NCBI RefSeq assembly: GCF_963921235.1
Contig: NC_086109.1
Location: 15,130,001 to 15,194,000 of the forward strand
From: Mobula hypostoma
Taxonomy: Eukaryota
Direction: 5' to 3'
DNA length: 64,000 nucleotides
Positions 48,046-60,239 of this stretch are shown piece after piece. The notes under the pieces are model-generated. The model was not told the origin of the DNA, did no database searches, and saw nothing but the letters and a program-made list of their open reading frames with translations. The first letter of the stretch is position 1. Every line of letters begins with the position of its first letter. A program made the position numbers and the translations under genes.

Positions 48046-50249
48046 TTATTAAGATAATTACATTTTGGTAGTGATGCACTGAACAAAAGGAAATGGTCAC
48101 AACTTCCTGTGCATGGCACCATGAGAGTCTAATGGCAAATGAGTAAGAATGCAGTCGGTTTCACATCAAACTGCTCACTTAGTTTTGGGATTAGAAAAGC
48201 AGATATTTTGTGTCAACTGGAGCAGGTTAGAGAGGATGTTTAAAAAGTGAGGTGCTGGAGAATCTAGCTGTCAAGGCTGAAAGGCAGAAAAGGATGAATA
48301 AGATGCAGGCAGATGGTATTCTACATAGGTTCAAGTTTATAAAGCATAAAATATGTAAGAGCATTGGAATCTTTGGCTAAAGGATACATTTCAAAAGCAG
48401 AGGAAATAGGATGATATAATGTGGACAATATTGCATGGTGAAAATAAACAGCTTTTGAATGGACACAGGAGCTGAAATCTTAGCCTGGGATTTCCCAACA
48501 GGTCAGGGATGAGCGACTGATTTATTTTAGAGTGTAGTATTTGGATTTTCTGGAGTGAACAATTTTTCTATAGCATCAGTTGCATATGCTTGTTATGTTA
48601 TTCATTTTGGCTGGCCAACTCCAAATTAAAATGCAATAATTTTTGCCACTACTTCACGTGAGAAGGCAATGAAGGCACTCCTTTATCCGCATTAGGTGTC
48701 TGCACTGATTTTGTTCAATCAAAAGAACACAGCAGCCTGCACTGTATGAATTCCTCATTCAATAACTAGGAACTTTATAGTTTTATAGTACTGTAGTAAT
48801 ATTGATAGTATTGTTTAGTTTTGTGTTTCATTTAAATACATAATTTGTAACTCAGTTAAACAATTGTTTGGCTTTTTAAAACTATTTCCATGAATTCAGC
48901 TAATTAGGGCAACTGTTTAATTGGGCCAAAAATGTATTGGTCCCGATGTGTCCTATTTAAACAGAATCCACTGTGCATCAAAGGGTGCATTGTAAATTAA
49001 CAGTCATTAAAGTACAGATTTTGGGAAACTTGGCATTTCTCTCCAAAAATGTATGCACCACAAATGCATACAATTGTCAGGTTGTGCACCGAAGGAACTC
49101 TTCTCAGTTACTTCCATAACATCTTTGATCTCTTCCAACACATTTTTTCTAACTGCCTTGTTGATGTCCAATATCTATACACCCCCCCATCTCATATCAA
49201 GACACTTCATCTCTGAGTAGAGACCAAATCAATCCCACCAGGCCACCATCCTTCTATGCCTTGTTGAAGTTATATGCAGAGAGCAACTTATTTAACTATA
49301 CTTGTTTCCTCAAAATCAAAACTATTGCTATGGTAATTCACATGGGCCAGGTTGTGCTTGTCAGTGGGATAATCTCTAATAACCTCCAATATTCAGTATC
49401 TGACCATTGGAGAATTCTTATGATTTGGTATTTGGTTCACTCATTAGTATACAGAAGTCCTTGTTATGTTTGAATTTACCATCGTGCATCCATGTACTTG
49501 AGGCCAGACATGTACTTCTGCATGCATGGACTGGTTGTGTAGCTTGAGCAACGGCTGGGAATACTAGACAGGTTCTGGAGTACTTGCCCATCTCAGCTTG
49601 CTTGACAAGCAAACTCTCCCAGCTCTTCTTTCTAAGCTCCCTTTAGATTCACTGGGGCTCTTTGCCACTCCCTCTAAACTCACCAGATAAAAAAATATAT
49701 TTTACATGCTACATGGTATAGAAAATGGAAATGAAAGCCTCGGTTGTTAGAATACCAGCCAATCCAGCATCATGGAACAGTACCTCATTATTTGTCTTGA
49801 TGCTAAAAGCCCTCAGGATGTAAAACTGAATTCAACAGTTCCAGATAACCAGTCATTCCAGTTTTTATTAAAGATGACAAAAGTATTTTTCCTCTCTGCA
49901 GCTATCTAACCTGCTGGGAATTGAACACAACTTGTGTTTTGTTTCTCCCACCTTCTCTTTCCTTTGCCCTCAGTGATCTACTTATGCCTTTTCTGGGCAG
50001 ATTAACTGCAATCAATAAGCCTTCACCAGCCTATTGAATGCCTTTTTCTCCACTCTATCATATACACTTCCTTTCTTCCTGCTCCCCCTCCCCCTTTTTG
50101 CAACCTGTTTTTGAACTTTGCTGTTCTGATAAAAATGTATTTTTCAAACATATGGAATATCATCCCCTCCCCCCCTAATTTTCAGCATTTTTAAAAAACT
50201 TTTGATTGCACTAAATTATGAAGATTGGAAAGGTCTTAAATGTCAGATG

Positions 50250-51560
50250 AACACACAAAATGCTGGAGGAACTCAACAGGTCAGAAGGGTTTGATAAAGT
50301 GCTCGTCCAATTTATGACAGGTCTCACCAATGTACTTAGGAGCACCAGAGACAATAGACAGCCCCAGCAGCTTTGCAGGTTAAGTGTTGCCTCACCTGGG
50401 GTCTTGAATGAAGGTGAGGTAGAGTGAATGGGTAGGTGTAATACTTTGGCCACTTTGAGGGATAAGTGCCGGGGGAGATATCAGTCAGAAGAGAGAAATG
50501 GACGAGAGATTCACAGAGGGAGCAATCCCTGTGGAAAGTGGGTGGGGGGGAGGTAAAGATATGTATGATGGTAGGATCCCTTTGTAGATGGTGGAAGCTG
50601 CAGAGAATGTGTTAGATATGGAAGTTCATGGGGTGCTAGGTATAAACAAGAGGAACTCTATCACCATTAAGGTGGTGAAAAGATGGGGGAGCGTAGATGT
50701 TCAGGAAATGGAGGAGATGCGGGCGAGGGCAGTGTCAATGGTGGAGGAAGAAAAATCTCAGTCTTTGAAGGAGCAGGACATCTCAGGTGTCCTGCAAGGA
50801 AAGCTGCACCCTGTGAACAGATCCAGTGCAGACAAAGGAACTGAGAAAAGTGAATAACATTCTTGCAGGAGACAAGGAGGGAAAAGGTATAGTCAAGATA
50901 ACTATGGGAATCAGTAAGGTTTATAAAAGATGTGAATTGACAGCGTCTCCAGAGGAGTCAGATCAGGTAACGGAGAAGGTGTCAGAAAAGACCCATGTGA
51001 AATTAAGGGTAGTGTGGAAGTTGGAAGCAAAGTTGATGAAATTGATGAGCTCAGCATGAGTGCATGAAACACCAATACATTCGTCAGTGTAGCACAGGAA
51101 GAGTTGGGGAGCAGTACTGGGGAAGGCTTGGAACACGGACTATTCTACATAGCTAACAAAAACGCAGGCGTAGCTGGGGCCCATGTGGGTGCTCATAGGT
51201 ACCCTGAGTCTGGAAAAAGTGGGAGAAGCTGAAGGAACAAACGTTGAGGGTAAGGGCCACTTCTGTCAGAAGAGGGAGCATGGTAGCAGAGGGGAACTGG
51301 TTGGTTCTTTTATTGAAAAAGAAGTGGAGTTTTAAGGCCTTCTTAATGGTGGATAGAAACGTATAGGGACTGGACATCCATGGTGAAAATGTGATGTTCT
51401 GGGCCAGGAAATCGAAAGTTAATGAGATCAAGAGCATAAGGAGTGTCACATATTAAGTGGGAAGGAACTGAGCTAAGTAAGGGGGATAGAATGAAATCAA
51501 GGTATGGAGGACATGAGTGCAGTGGCACAGAAGCAAGCAGAGGCAATGGGCCGAGCCAGA
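50250..51560 (-). mobile_element. Penelope-like retroelement RT/linker fragment, decayed
   Basis: Minus-strand remnants FTMDVQSLY (about 51361-51387), MSTHMGPSYACVF (about 51160-51197) and LCYTDECI (decayed YIDD). The family terminal motif ACACAAAATGCTGGAGGAACTCA is at about 50253. Confidence 0.8.
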
Positions 51561-54528
51561 AAGTCGGTTTGTCACGTTACCATTGTTTTTCCATTGGTCT
51601 ACAGTACGTGAAGAACGTACCACTCACAGCAGTGTTCCATTTGGCTTGCTTTTATTAGTGGAACTACTCAAACTCTGCTAATTCCTCTAACTGAATGCAG
51701 CTTTAGATTGACATGGCGCTGATCAGCACAGGCCCGTCTGCTACTAAAATAAAAAAACACTGCACCCTGACAATCGGCTAATCCACGTCCCCAGACTTGC
51801 TGTCAAAAGGCAATGTTTATGAGTGTCTAATACTTAACAGCATTTGAAAACATTTAGAAATTAAACATACAGTTAACAAAAGCAAATCTTAATTATGAAA
51901 ACTTAATTAAGATGCTGAAAACAACAGAAAGCTTGAAAGCAAATAAGTACATTTGGGTTATGTCAATTAATTAAAAATGTAATTACCCATCTCTCTAGGA
52001 ACCATTTTCTTCAATTGAAATGAATGTAATTGTTGAACCTGTGCCAGGTACAGATTTCCAGCAGCAAAATAAAAATTTCCTATAGCTGAAATAGCAGTAA
52101 TTTGATGCTCCACTATTGGACTACCAGTATTAGAATAGAATCCTAATGACAACAGCAAGGAATGCAGTTTTTCCAAGTTAGTGTGGCTCTCAGATAGGCT
52201 TTGGACCACCCCAGAGAGGAAAATAAAAGTCCTTTGACACTGCTTTTAAAAATGTAACACAGTATCATTGTGAATTTTACTACTTGCACAATATCTACCC
52301 AAAATAAAAGTTGGAGTTGAAATCAACATTGTGAACTATATGCATGTGCAAATTCACCACATCCAAGATTTAATACAGTAGGTGTTTTAATATAGGGCAT
52401 AGGACTCAGCTTTGCAATTTTCTTCCCAATTGCAGAATAGGGACTTTAGTCTCTGACATGACTGACAGCCATCACATAGAACAGAAAAGAGTTTTTCCAT
52501 ATTCTTTTCAAACATTGTTTTGACTTAACCATGGAAGTTTCAGTGTACATCAACTTGGTTCATTGCCATTTTGAAAAAAGATGGCAGTAATTATTTCAAA
52601 TGTAGACACTTATTCAGTAGAGAATAGCTCTAATGTGGTAAAGCTGATACTAAATACTTGTTTATTACTGAATCATCCAAATGACAAGTGAACAATTTAT
52701 ACTCGAGAGGAATAATATGCTGGCCTAGAAGGGAACACTTTATAGATTTAACAGAATGATTTTAAGGTGTTGGAATACACAACTGCTTTTAAAAAGTCTT
52801 AAAACAGATGTACCATATTGTGCAGCATTAATTATCTAAATATAGCTTAAAACACTACCTCTATTTTTATAAGTTTGTTTTGATATTTGCATACACTATT
52901 CAGAACAGCTTAGCTCCTTTTTGGTAATTAGATGATTTATGGTAGAAAATTTCAAAAACATACTCTGTGCACAAGATAATAATTGCATAAAGTTCTGAAT
53001 GACTATATTATTGACTATACATAAGAGTGGAGATATTTAAATAAAGTTCAAAAAATTATATAGAATTATTCAAAAAATGCAAGAGCAGCTGTGCTCAGCT
53101 TAATCAAGAATGAAGCAACTTAAAACCTGATTGGTTATGTAACATAAAAAAGTAGGTCATAACTAAATTTAGCAAGTTTTTACAATCAGATATTTAATTA
53201 CAGAAATACATTAAAACTTGGTGTTGACTTTATTAAATTGACAGTGAACCTACAAGCATGTGTTGACATTATACAATGAATCCAAAAAGTACTGATTTCA
53301 TGCTACGTCAAAAGGTTTGGTTCTGTACCCTCTTCCAGGAATTCATGAATTGGTAATAGTTCACATTACCTACAATTGCTATGATCTGTTAAGCTCTGGA
53401 TTTTAAAAATAGCATCTATTGGACAAAACTGTTATATAGCAAACAACCCTTTGCAATTCAAATATTTCAAAAAATGAATTAATTTCTTTCAAAACTTATC
53501 TTGTATTTTAATTCTCTGATAAATCTTTTATTTTGCGTTGCAAAATATTAAAATACGAGTTTACTTTTTCCACCAGGATATACAGGGTATATCCTGGTGG
53601 AATCCTTATTCATCTTGATATTACTGAATACATTTTGAGGAAAAAATGTAATAAACCAAAGAGGATATCACATCACTACATTTGCCTTGTAACTTTTCAT
53701 TAGGTCCATGTAGGCCACTGCCTGTTTGATTTGCGGTAAAAGTTGTGTTTCTGCAGTTACTGCCTATGCTGGACATCTACTACATTGAGTGGAACATTCT
53801 GCAGCAAAATGCCCAAGTCCATGCATATCAGAATCAGATTTATTATCACTGGTATATGTTGTGAAATTTGTTAAGTAGTGCAATGAAATATGTGATAAAT
53901 AAATATAGAAAAAAAAACTATGTATATATACACACACACTGCTTAACACAGCCATACAAATGTGGTCATAAGGCAATGTTGGGAACAGTTTTCTACCAAC
54001 TTCTCTGAAGACTTATACATCATAGCCCAAGACATATTAGATTCTGTGATGATATGCAAGGTTTCTCATGTGGCTCCTGAAGTCTAGAATTAGAGTAAGG
54101 TTGCATCTGTGCAGTACATTAGGAACAACTGGCATCTAGGTTGACTAGGTTCATTTGACAATCAGAGCAACAATTCCTCATTTTCTCCGTTCAACACTTC
54201 AGCCAGATTTTAATGTATGCCCTGGTTCCTCCAATTTGTATTCTCTTCTCCTTTAAGAAATTGTAACCTTGATAGTGAAATGAACAAAGGGTCAGTGTGA
54301 CCAGCTGATAAACAAGACGACCTCAGTTCTGCTGTGACTGACTGGTCCAGGCCAGTTTAAACTTAATGTACCTGCATGACCAACAGAGAGTCCAAGCAGA
54401 AAACGCTATTGTCCATATGCAAGATTGACTTTGATCCAAGTGCCTCTGTTGTCTTACATAAAGGCAGCCATGAGGGAAAAAGGTAATACTGAGTACACTT
54501 CATGATATTCCAAAGCACTTTACAGCCA

Positions 54529-54992
54529 ATCATCATCATCAGGTGCCATGCCCAGTTTGAGCTTTGACTGCCATGGCCCACACATTCTTGTTTCGGGTCA
54601 AGTGGATCAATTCATTGGTATTCATTTCCAGTTTTCTGGCTGCTGTATCCATCATCATTTGTCTTTGCTTTCTTCCCTTCAATCTTTCCCATAACTACCA
54701 TGCATTCTAACTCCACTTTCCTAATCACATGTCCAATGAAGTTACGTTGCCTTTTCACGATCTCATACATTATTTCTCTTTTTGTACTTGCTCTGTTCAT
54801 GACATCCTCGTTAGATATTCATTTCGTCCATGATATTCTTTGCATCCTCCTCAAAAACCACATCTCTGTTGCTTCAATTCGTTTCCTCATGTTACTAGAT
54901 ATTGTCCAACATTCTGATCCATATAACATAACTGGATAAATGTAACATTTCAGTACTCTGAGGCAGGTTGTCATGCCTAGTTTAGAGTTGGT
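54529..54992 (-). mobile_element. RTE-clade LINE 3' fragment
   Basis: EATEMWFLRRMQRISWT..EDVMNRA..FIGHVIRKVELECMVVMGKIEGK peptide; (GAT)n tail. Confidence 0.8.
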
Positions 54993-55879
54993 CAGTCAAT
55001 ACTGTATAATAATAGCACCATTTTATCCTTTTAATAAAAGGATGAGGTTACATTCAGGGAAATGGCCATTAACTACTCTCTCTAAAACAGCAGCATAACA
55101 CAGAAATGTAATAGCCTTAGAATCTCTACATCAAGCCCAATTCTGTAATTGTTAAGCAAAATGTGCTATCGAATTTTGAGACAGACCAATAATTCTAAAA
55201 AAAATCACCATTAGACCTGGATTACTAAATTTGCACCCTGTAGCATTGTGTTATATATTAAGATTCCCAACATAATTCACAAAAAAAAGGGAATAAAGAA
55301 AACAGCAGTGACATCTACACCTGGAACAGATGGTCCAAACTGTATTTGACAGTAATTGCAGATTAAAAACACTGGAAATGCTAGAAGTTTATTAAAACAG
55401 TGATAAACTCAGTGCAAGAGGAATTGCACTCAATTTCTAATTGATCTTAAAGTGCTTAGAAGAGTGCAATTTAAATATTTTTGAATACTATGATGGAAAT
55501 GTGGGAATGAAGCAAGAAAGTAGATAAACAATGACCTTGCTTAACTGTACAGCAGACCCATGTTTGAGTGGCCTACGTCTGATCTTATCGGTTCAAATTA
55601 AAATTACTATTCAGTTTGAAGATTAGAACTCCACCTTCTGTAACCATAGCAATGAAAAAGTCTCTCAAAGATTGCAGTTTGTCTCAATTTATTTGAAAAA
55701 AGAAACAGAAAACAGCAACTTGACTCCTCGTGCCAGATCTGCCATTTAAAAAGATTATGAATTGCCACATGGTAAATCCAGTTTGATAATTCCATACTCT
55801 AGGAATTAAAAAAAACTCTTTGTCATGTGATCCATTTGCATAATCTGAAATTAACCAATACTTAATTTGACCTGTTCTG

Positions 55880-58165
55880 GAGAACTGTGAGAAGTGCAGC
55901 CGGATTTTTTTTGGGCTGGGGCGGTACTCTGCAGGATCACTCAGGAAGCTGAGGACTTCAGAATGAAACTTTTACTGAGCTGGACACATCCAAGGTACAA
56001 GCTTCAGACAGATGGATGATCACCAGAATGGGGATAGGCAGTTAGTGATGGGTTTCCCTGTGGCCATTCTCACTAACAGGTAGATATGGACCCTTGGATA
56101 CTGTTGAAGATGATGCTCTTTTAGGAGCTAGTAGAATTCAGGCACTGTGACTGGGTGAAAGGGTGCAGTCAGAAGGGGCTCCAGTGACAGGGGACTCAAC
56201 AGTAAGGGGGACTGACCACAGAACTGTGCAACTGACTGTGGCCACAGAAGGAATACCAGGATTGTTTGTTGTGTCCCAGGTATCAGGGTCAAAGATGATT
56301 TTGAGCAGCTACAGAAAATTCTGGAGGGGGAGGATAAATAGCCAGAAGATAAGTACAGGGAGATAGGGTAAAAGAATTAAAATGCAGGACTAAGGATCAT
56401 GATGTCCTGATTACTCCTTTTTGTCAGTCAAGGAATAGAAAGATAGACCAGATGAATAAGTGGTAAAAGAGCTGGTGCAAGGATTCAGGTTCATGGATCA
56501 TTTGGATCTCTTCCAGGATACAGGCTACATTAACAAAAGGGATGTGTTGCACCTGAACCAGAGGGGAACCAATATCTTAGAGAGACAATTTGCTTTTGCT
56601 GCGAGGGAGGGTTTAAACTATATTGGCGAGGATAGGAGAGTAAGACTTGAGAGAGCAAAGTTAATAGACAGCTAAGTGTGGCAACCAAAGTGTGTAAGTC
56701 TAGCAATCAGGAAAGCTATGTTTACAATAAAAAGGCAGATACGATCACTGGTTGAAATTGCATATTTTTCCAATGCATTTAACTTAGCAAGTAAGGCACA
56801 CAGAGTATGGATTAGCTCGAGGAAATGATATATCATGGGCATAACAGAAATGTGATCAAGAGAAGCTCAATGTTTTTGGATACCAGTGCCTTAGGCATGA
56901 CAAAGGAACAAGCAAGCGTGGAAGGGGTGTTGCCTTTTTGATAAGAGAGGCTATAACAGCTGTGCTTGGAGAGAATATCCTTGAGAGATCATTTAGAACT
57001 TAGAAATAAGAAGGTGTTCACCTTCATACAAATATTACAGACCCCTGAATAGTCAGCGAGAACTGAGGAGATATTGCACGTAGTTGTGAAAATGGTATGG
57101 TACTCCTAGTAAGAGATTTCAAAGTATTGACCGAGTCACCCAGAAATTAAAGGGCATAGATGGGGGAACATTTGTGCAGTGCATTCAAGACAGTTTCGTC
57201 ATGCAATCTGAAGAGAAACCTATTCAGGAAGGAGCAATACCGGACCTCCTCTTGGGGAACAAGATGCACTGAGTAACTGAAGTGGCAGTTGGGGAGCACT
57301 TTAGTTTCAGTGGCAATTCTATTAGATTAAAAGTAGCTATGGGAAAAGATAGACCAAATCACAGGTTAAAGTCTTGAACGGGAGTATGATTAACGGAATG
57401 CATTGGGCAGGATCTAGTTGGGTGACTCTACTCAAAGGCAAAGGAATGGTTGGCAAGTGAAAGGCTTTTAAAAGGATCATATCAAGAATCCAGCGGCAGC
57501 ATAGGGTGAAGGGTAGATATATTAGGTTCAGGAAACTGGCTGATGAGACAGAGGCTCTGGTAGGGAGAAAGGAGGAAGCATACATCATATTTAGACAGCT
57601 GGTTACGAATGAATCCTGACTAACATTAAAAAAGTTTAAGACCAGGTTTAAAAGGAAAATCAAGACTGCAAAAAAGGAGGCTACAAGGTGGATTTAACCA
57701 GGCAGGGTTAAAGATTACTTCACGAGGCTCTTTCATTATATTAAAAGGATGAGTAGGGATTGACCAGGTCCTCTTAAAAACCCTTTAGGGCTGCCTATCT
57801 GTTGTGCCACAGTAGATGGGTAAGATTTTTATTATTTATTTCTCAATGTTTTCTAAGATCATAGATGCCAAAGAAATGAGCATAAGTTCCAATTATATGC
57901 ATATAATGGGAAAGAGGGTATTTGCAGCCTTGAAGCACATTAAGATGGGTAGATTCTCAGAGCCAGACCAAGTATACCCCCTGAAGCTTATGGGAGCCCA
58001 GGGAAGAAATTGTGGAGGCCCTTGAAGAGATATTTACTTCTTGTTAGCCACTGGCAAAATTCCAGAAAATGTTGTTCCATCATTCAAGTGTAGCAAGGAC
58101 AGACACGGGAACTATTGGCTAGTGAGCCAGGCTTCAGTTGTGGGGAAATTACTGTGAAAGGATTG
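55880..58165 (+). mobile_element. CR1 LINE, 5' portion (ORF1 SGNH esterase, APE endonuclease, start of RT), decayed
   Basis: GDSTVRGTD and RDVLHLNQRGTNIL esterase motifs; downstream endonuclease and SEPDQVYP remnants. Confidence 0.8.
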
Positions 58166-58299
58166 CTTACTTCAGAACTCCCTAGTCTGCTCTTTTAACA
58201 CCATAAACTGCACTATCTTTTTAAATACTTTCCCAAGCAACCACAAGGCTTGAAACACCTGTTATTCATCCAACTTCATACCTTCACACAAGCTAAGAA

Positions 58300-58560
58300 A
58301 GCAACAATTCACTTTAGCGTACTGCATTTGGGGTATTCACAATATGGTCTCCATTATGTTGGAGAAACAAAATGCCAACTGGCTAATCATTTTATGGGCT
58401 GCCTGCACTGAGTCTACAGGAATGGCCCCCAGCCCCAAACTGCCAATCACTTTAATTTTTCATTCTATTCTGTTCTATGATCTGCAGTACCATTATAACA
58501 AAGCCCAATTTAAGCTGGAGGAAGAAAACATCTAGATTGATATCCAATTCTCCTTGGTAA
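58300..58560 (+). mobile_element. Penelope GIY-YIG endonuclease remnant
   Basis: YCIW..QYGLHYVGETKCQLANHF-like decayed reading. Confidence 0.5.
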
Positions 58561-58791
58561 CTTGCCCTTCTGTCTGTATTAAAACTGGCCATTTTTTAAA
58601 TCAATCACCCAGCTGAGATCTTGGCTGTTTTTCTTCTCTTCATTAGCAAAGTCTGGCCAGCTGGGCATGTCCTACTGGCCTATTAGCTACACAAAGCAGC
58701 ATAATGTGTAACTACTAAATTAGCCCATTCAGAGATATGTTCTTTGTTCTACTCTTCCCTCTCTGACACTGAAAATTAACTTTCTTTCCTA

Positions 58792-58916
58792 CTCTCTTCT
58801 TACTACCTCTTCTTTCAGTTAGTCCTGACGAAGGGTCTTGGCCCAAAACGTCGACTGTACCTCTTCCTGTAGATGTTGCCTGGCCTGCTGCATTCACCAG
58901 CAATTTTTGTGTGTTG
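58792..58916 (+). mobile_element. Penelope terminal fragment with near-intact minimal hammerhead motif (58821-58856)
   Basis: AGTC-CTGACGA-AGGGTCTTGGCCC-AAAA-CGTC-GACT; TSD CTTTCTTTCCTA / CTTTCCTTCCTA. Confidence 0.8.
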
Positions 58917-59400
58917 CTTTCCTTCCTAGGCCCAAATAGTCTTAGATCTGAAATGCCAAGTATATTTTACTTTTTAAAATGTTGGCTGACTTATTCAGTG
59001 TTTTTGAGTATTCTGTTTTTCTGTGAAATTTCCAGCAACCACCTTTGTAAAAAAAATTAAAACTCAAATTGTTTCCCCATTTGAAAGGATGAACAATTCT
59101 AGTTCAAAGTGTCCAAATTAAGTTTTCTTTAACCTCAGTGACGTCACTGAGCTTGTGAAATTTGACCATCCACAGCATTTTATGTCATGGAGCCTTACCA
59201 TTCAGAGGGGTTGTAAACCTCTGATCCAAAGTATAAACAGCCATTTAGAGTACAATTACTTTGTGCTGTACACATACTTAGAACAAGATTGACAGGGCAC
59301 TGGGAAAGACTTCAGAAGTTTAATAGACAACATGCACATTCACTGTGGATGCTAGTTCAAAAATTAGTAGGAAAGCAGAACAAAGCCATCTACAAATATG

Positions 59401-59622
59401 CAACACACATCAAAGTTGCTGGTGAACGCAGCAGGCCAGGCAGCATCTATAGGAAGAGGCGCAGTCGACGTTTCAGGCCGAGACCCTTCGTCTGACGAAG
59501 GGTCTCGGCCTGAAACGTCGACTGCGCCTCTTCCTATAGATGCTGCCTGGCCTGCTGCGTTCACCAGCAACTTTGATGTGTGTTGCTTGAATTTCCAGCA
59601 TCTGCAGAATTCCTGTTGTTTG
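59401..59622 (+). mobile_element. Very young Penelope-derived insertion forming a perfect palindrome (59400-59586) with a perfect 14-bp TSD
   Basis: 93-bp arms with no mismatch around T59493; CATCTACAAATATG at 59387-59400 and 59623-59636. Confidence 0.92.
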
Positions 59623-60239
59623 CATCTACAAATATGTTTTACTTTCATTTAAAAAAAATCTGATGGAACCTAATTTTTAGCATAAAAATACATGGGAATC
59701 TGTTATTGCAGTTTGTTACCCATCCCTGGCACAATCTTTAACTGTAAAATAGTATTTGCATGCAGTTATCCTTTCAGCTAAAAAGATGTAAAAATTTATA
59801 TTCCTCGACACCTTCTAACACAACTTACAACACGTTACTCAAAAACCGTATTGTTATTTCAAGTACAACATCCCATAACCAACAATGCTTGATTCACCTC
59901 AACCCAAAGTTGGCGAAAATTCAGATCCTTCATATTTCGTGCATTAATTGTGGCATAATTTGTGTCTCGCGTTTGGCAGGCGTAGAAGGAGGCCAAAAGC
60001 CCGTGGAGGGGCTTGCGGGGTGTTGGATAGCTAGGCCAGAGTGTTCTTTGGAAGCAGGAAAGCTCGGACAAACGCGGAGCAATAGCGAATTAGACTGAGT
60101 GTGGACCCACAACTGGTGGGTGCAGGCAAGGGCTCCTTCCTCCACATCCGCCATAACTGTCACATATACCATATGAAACGGAAAACTATTGCATTTCTCA
60201 CCCCCTACTGTAATAAGTACAAACACTAGCGACTTTGTG

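Noticed and set aside
59364..59652. Two overlapping antiparallel ORFs with near-identical translations
   Set aside because: An artefact of the perfect DNA palindrome; not protein-coding.
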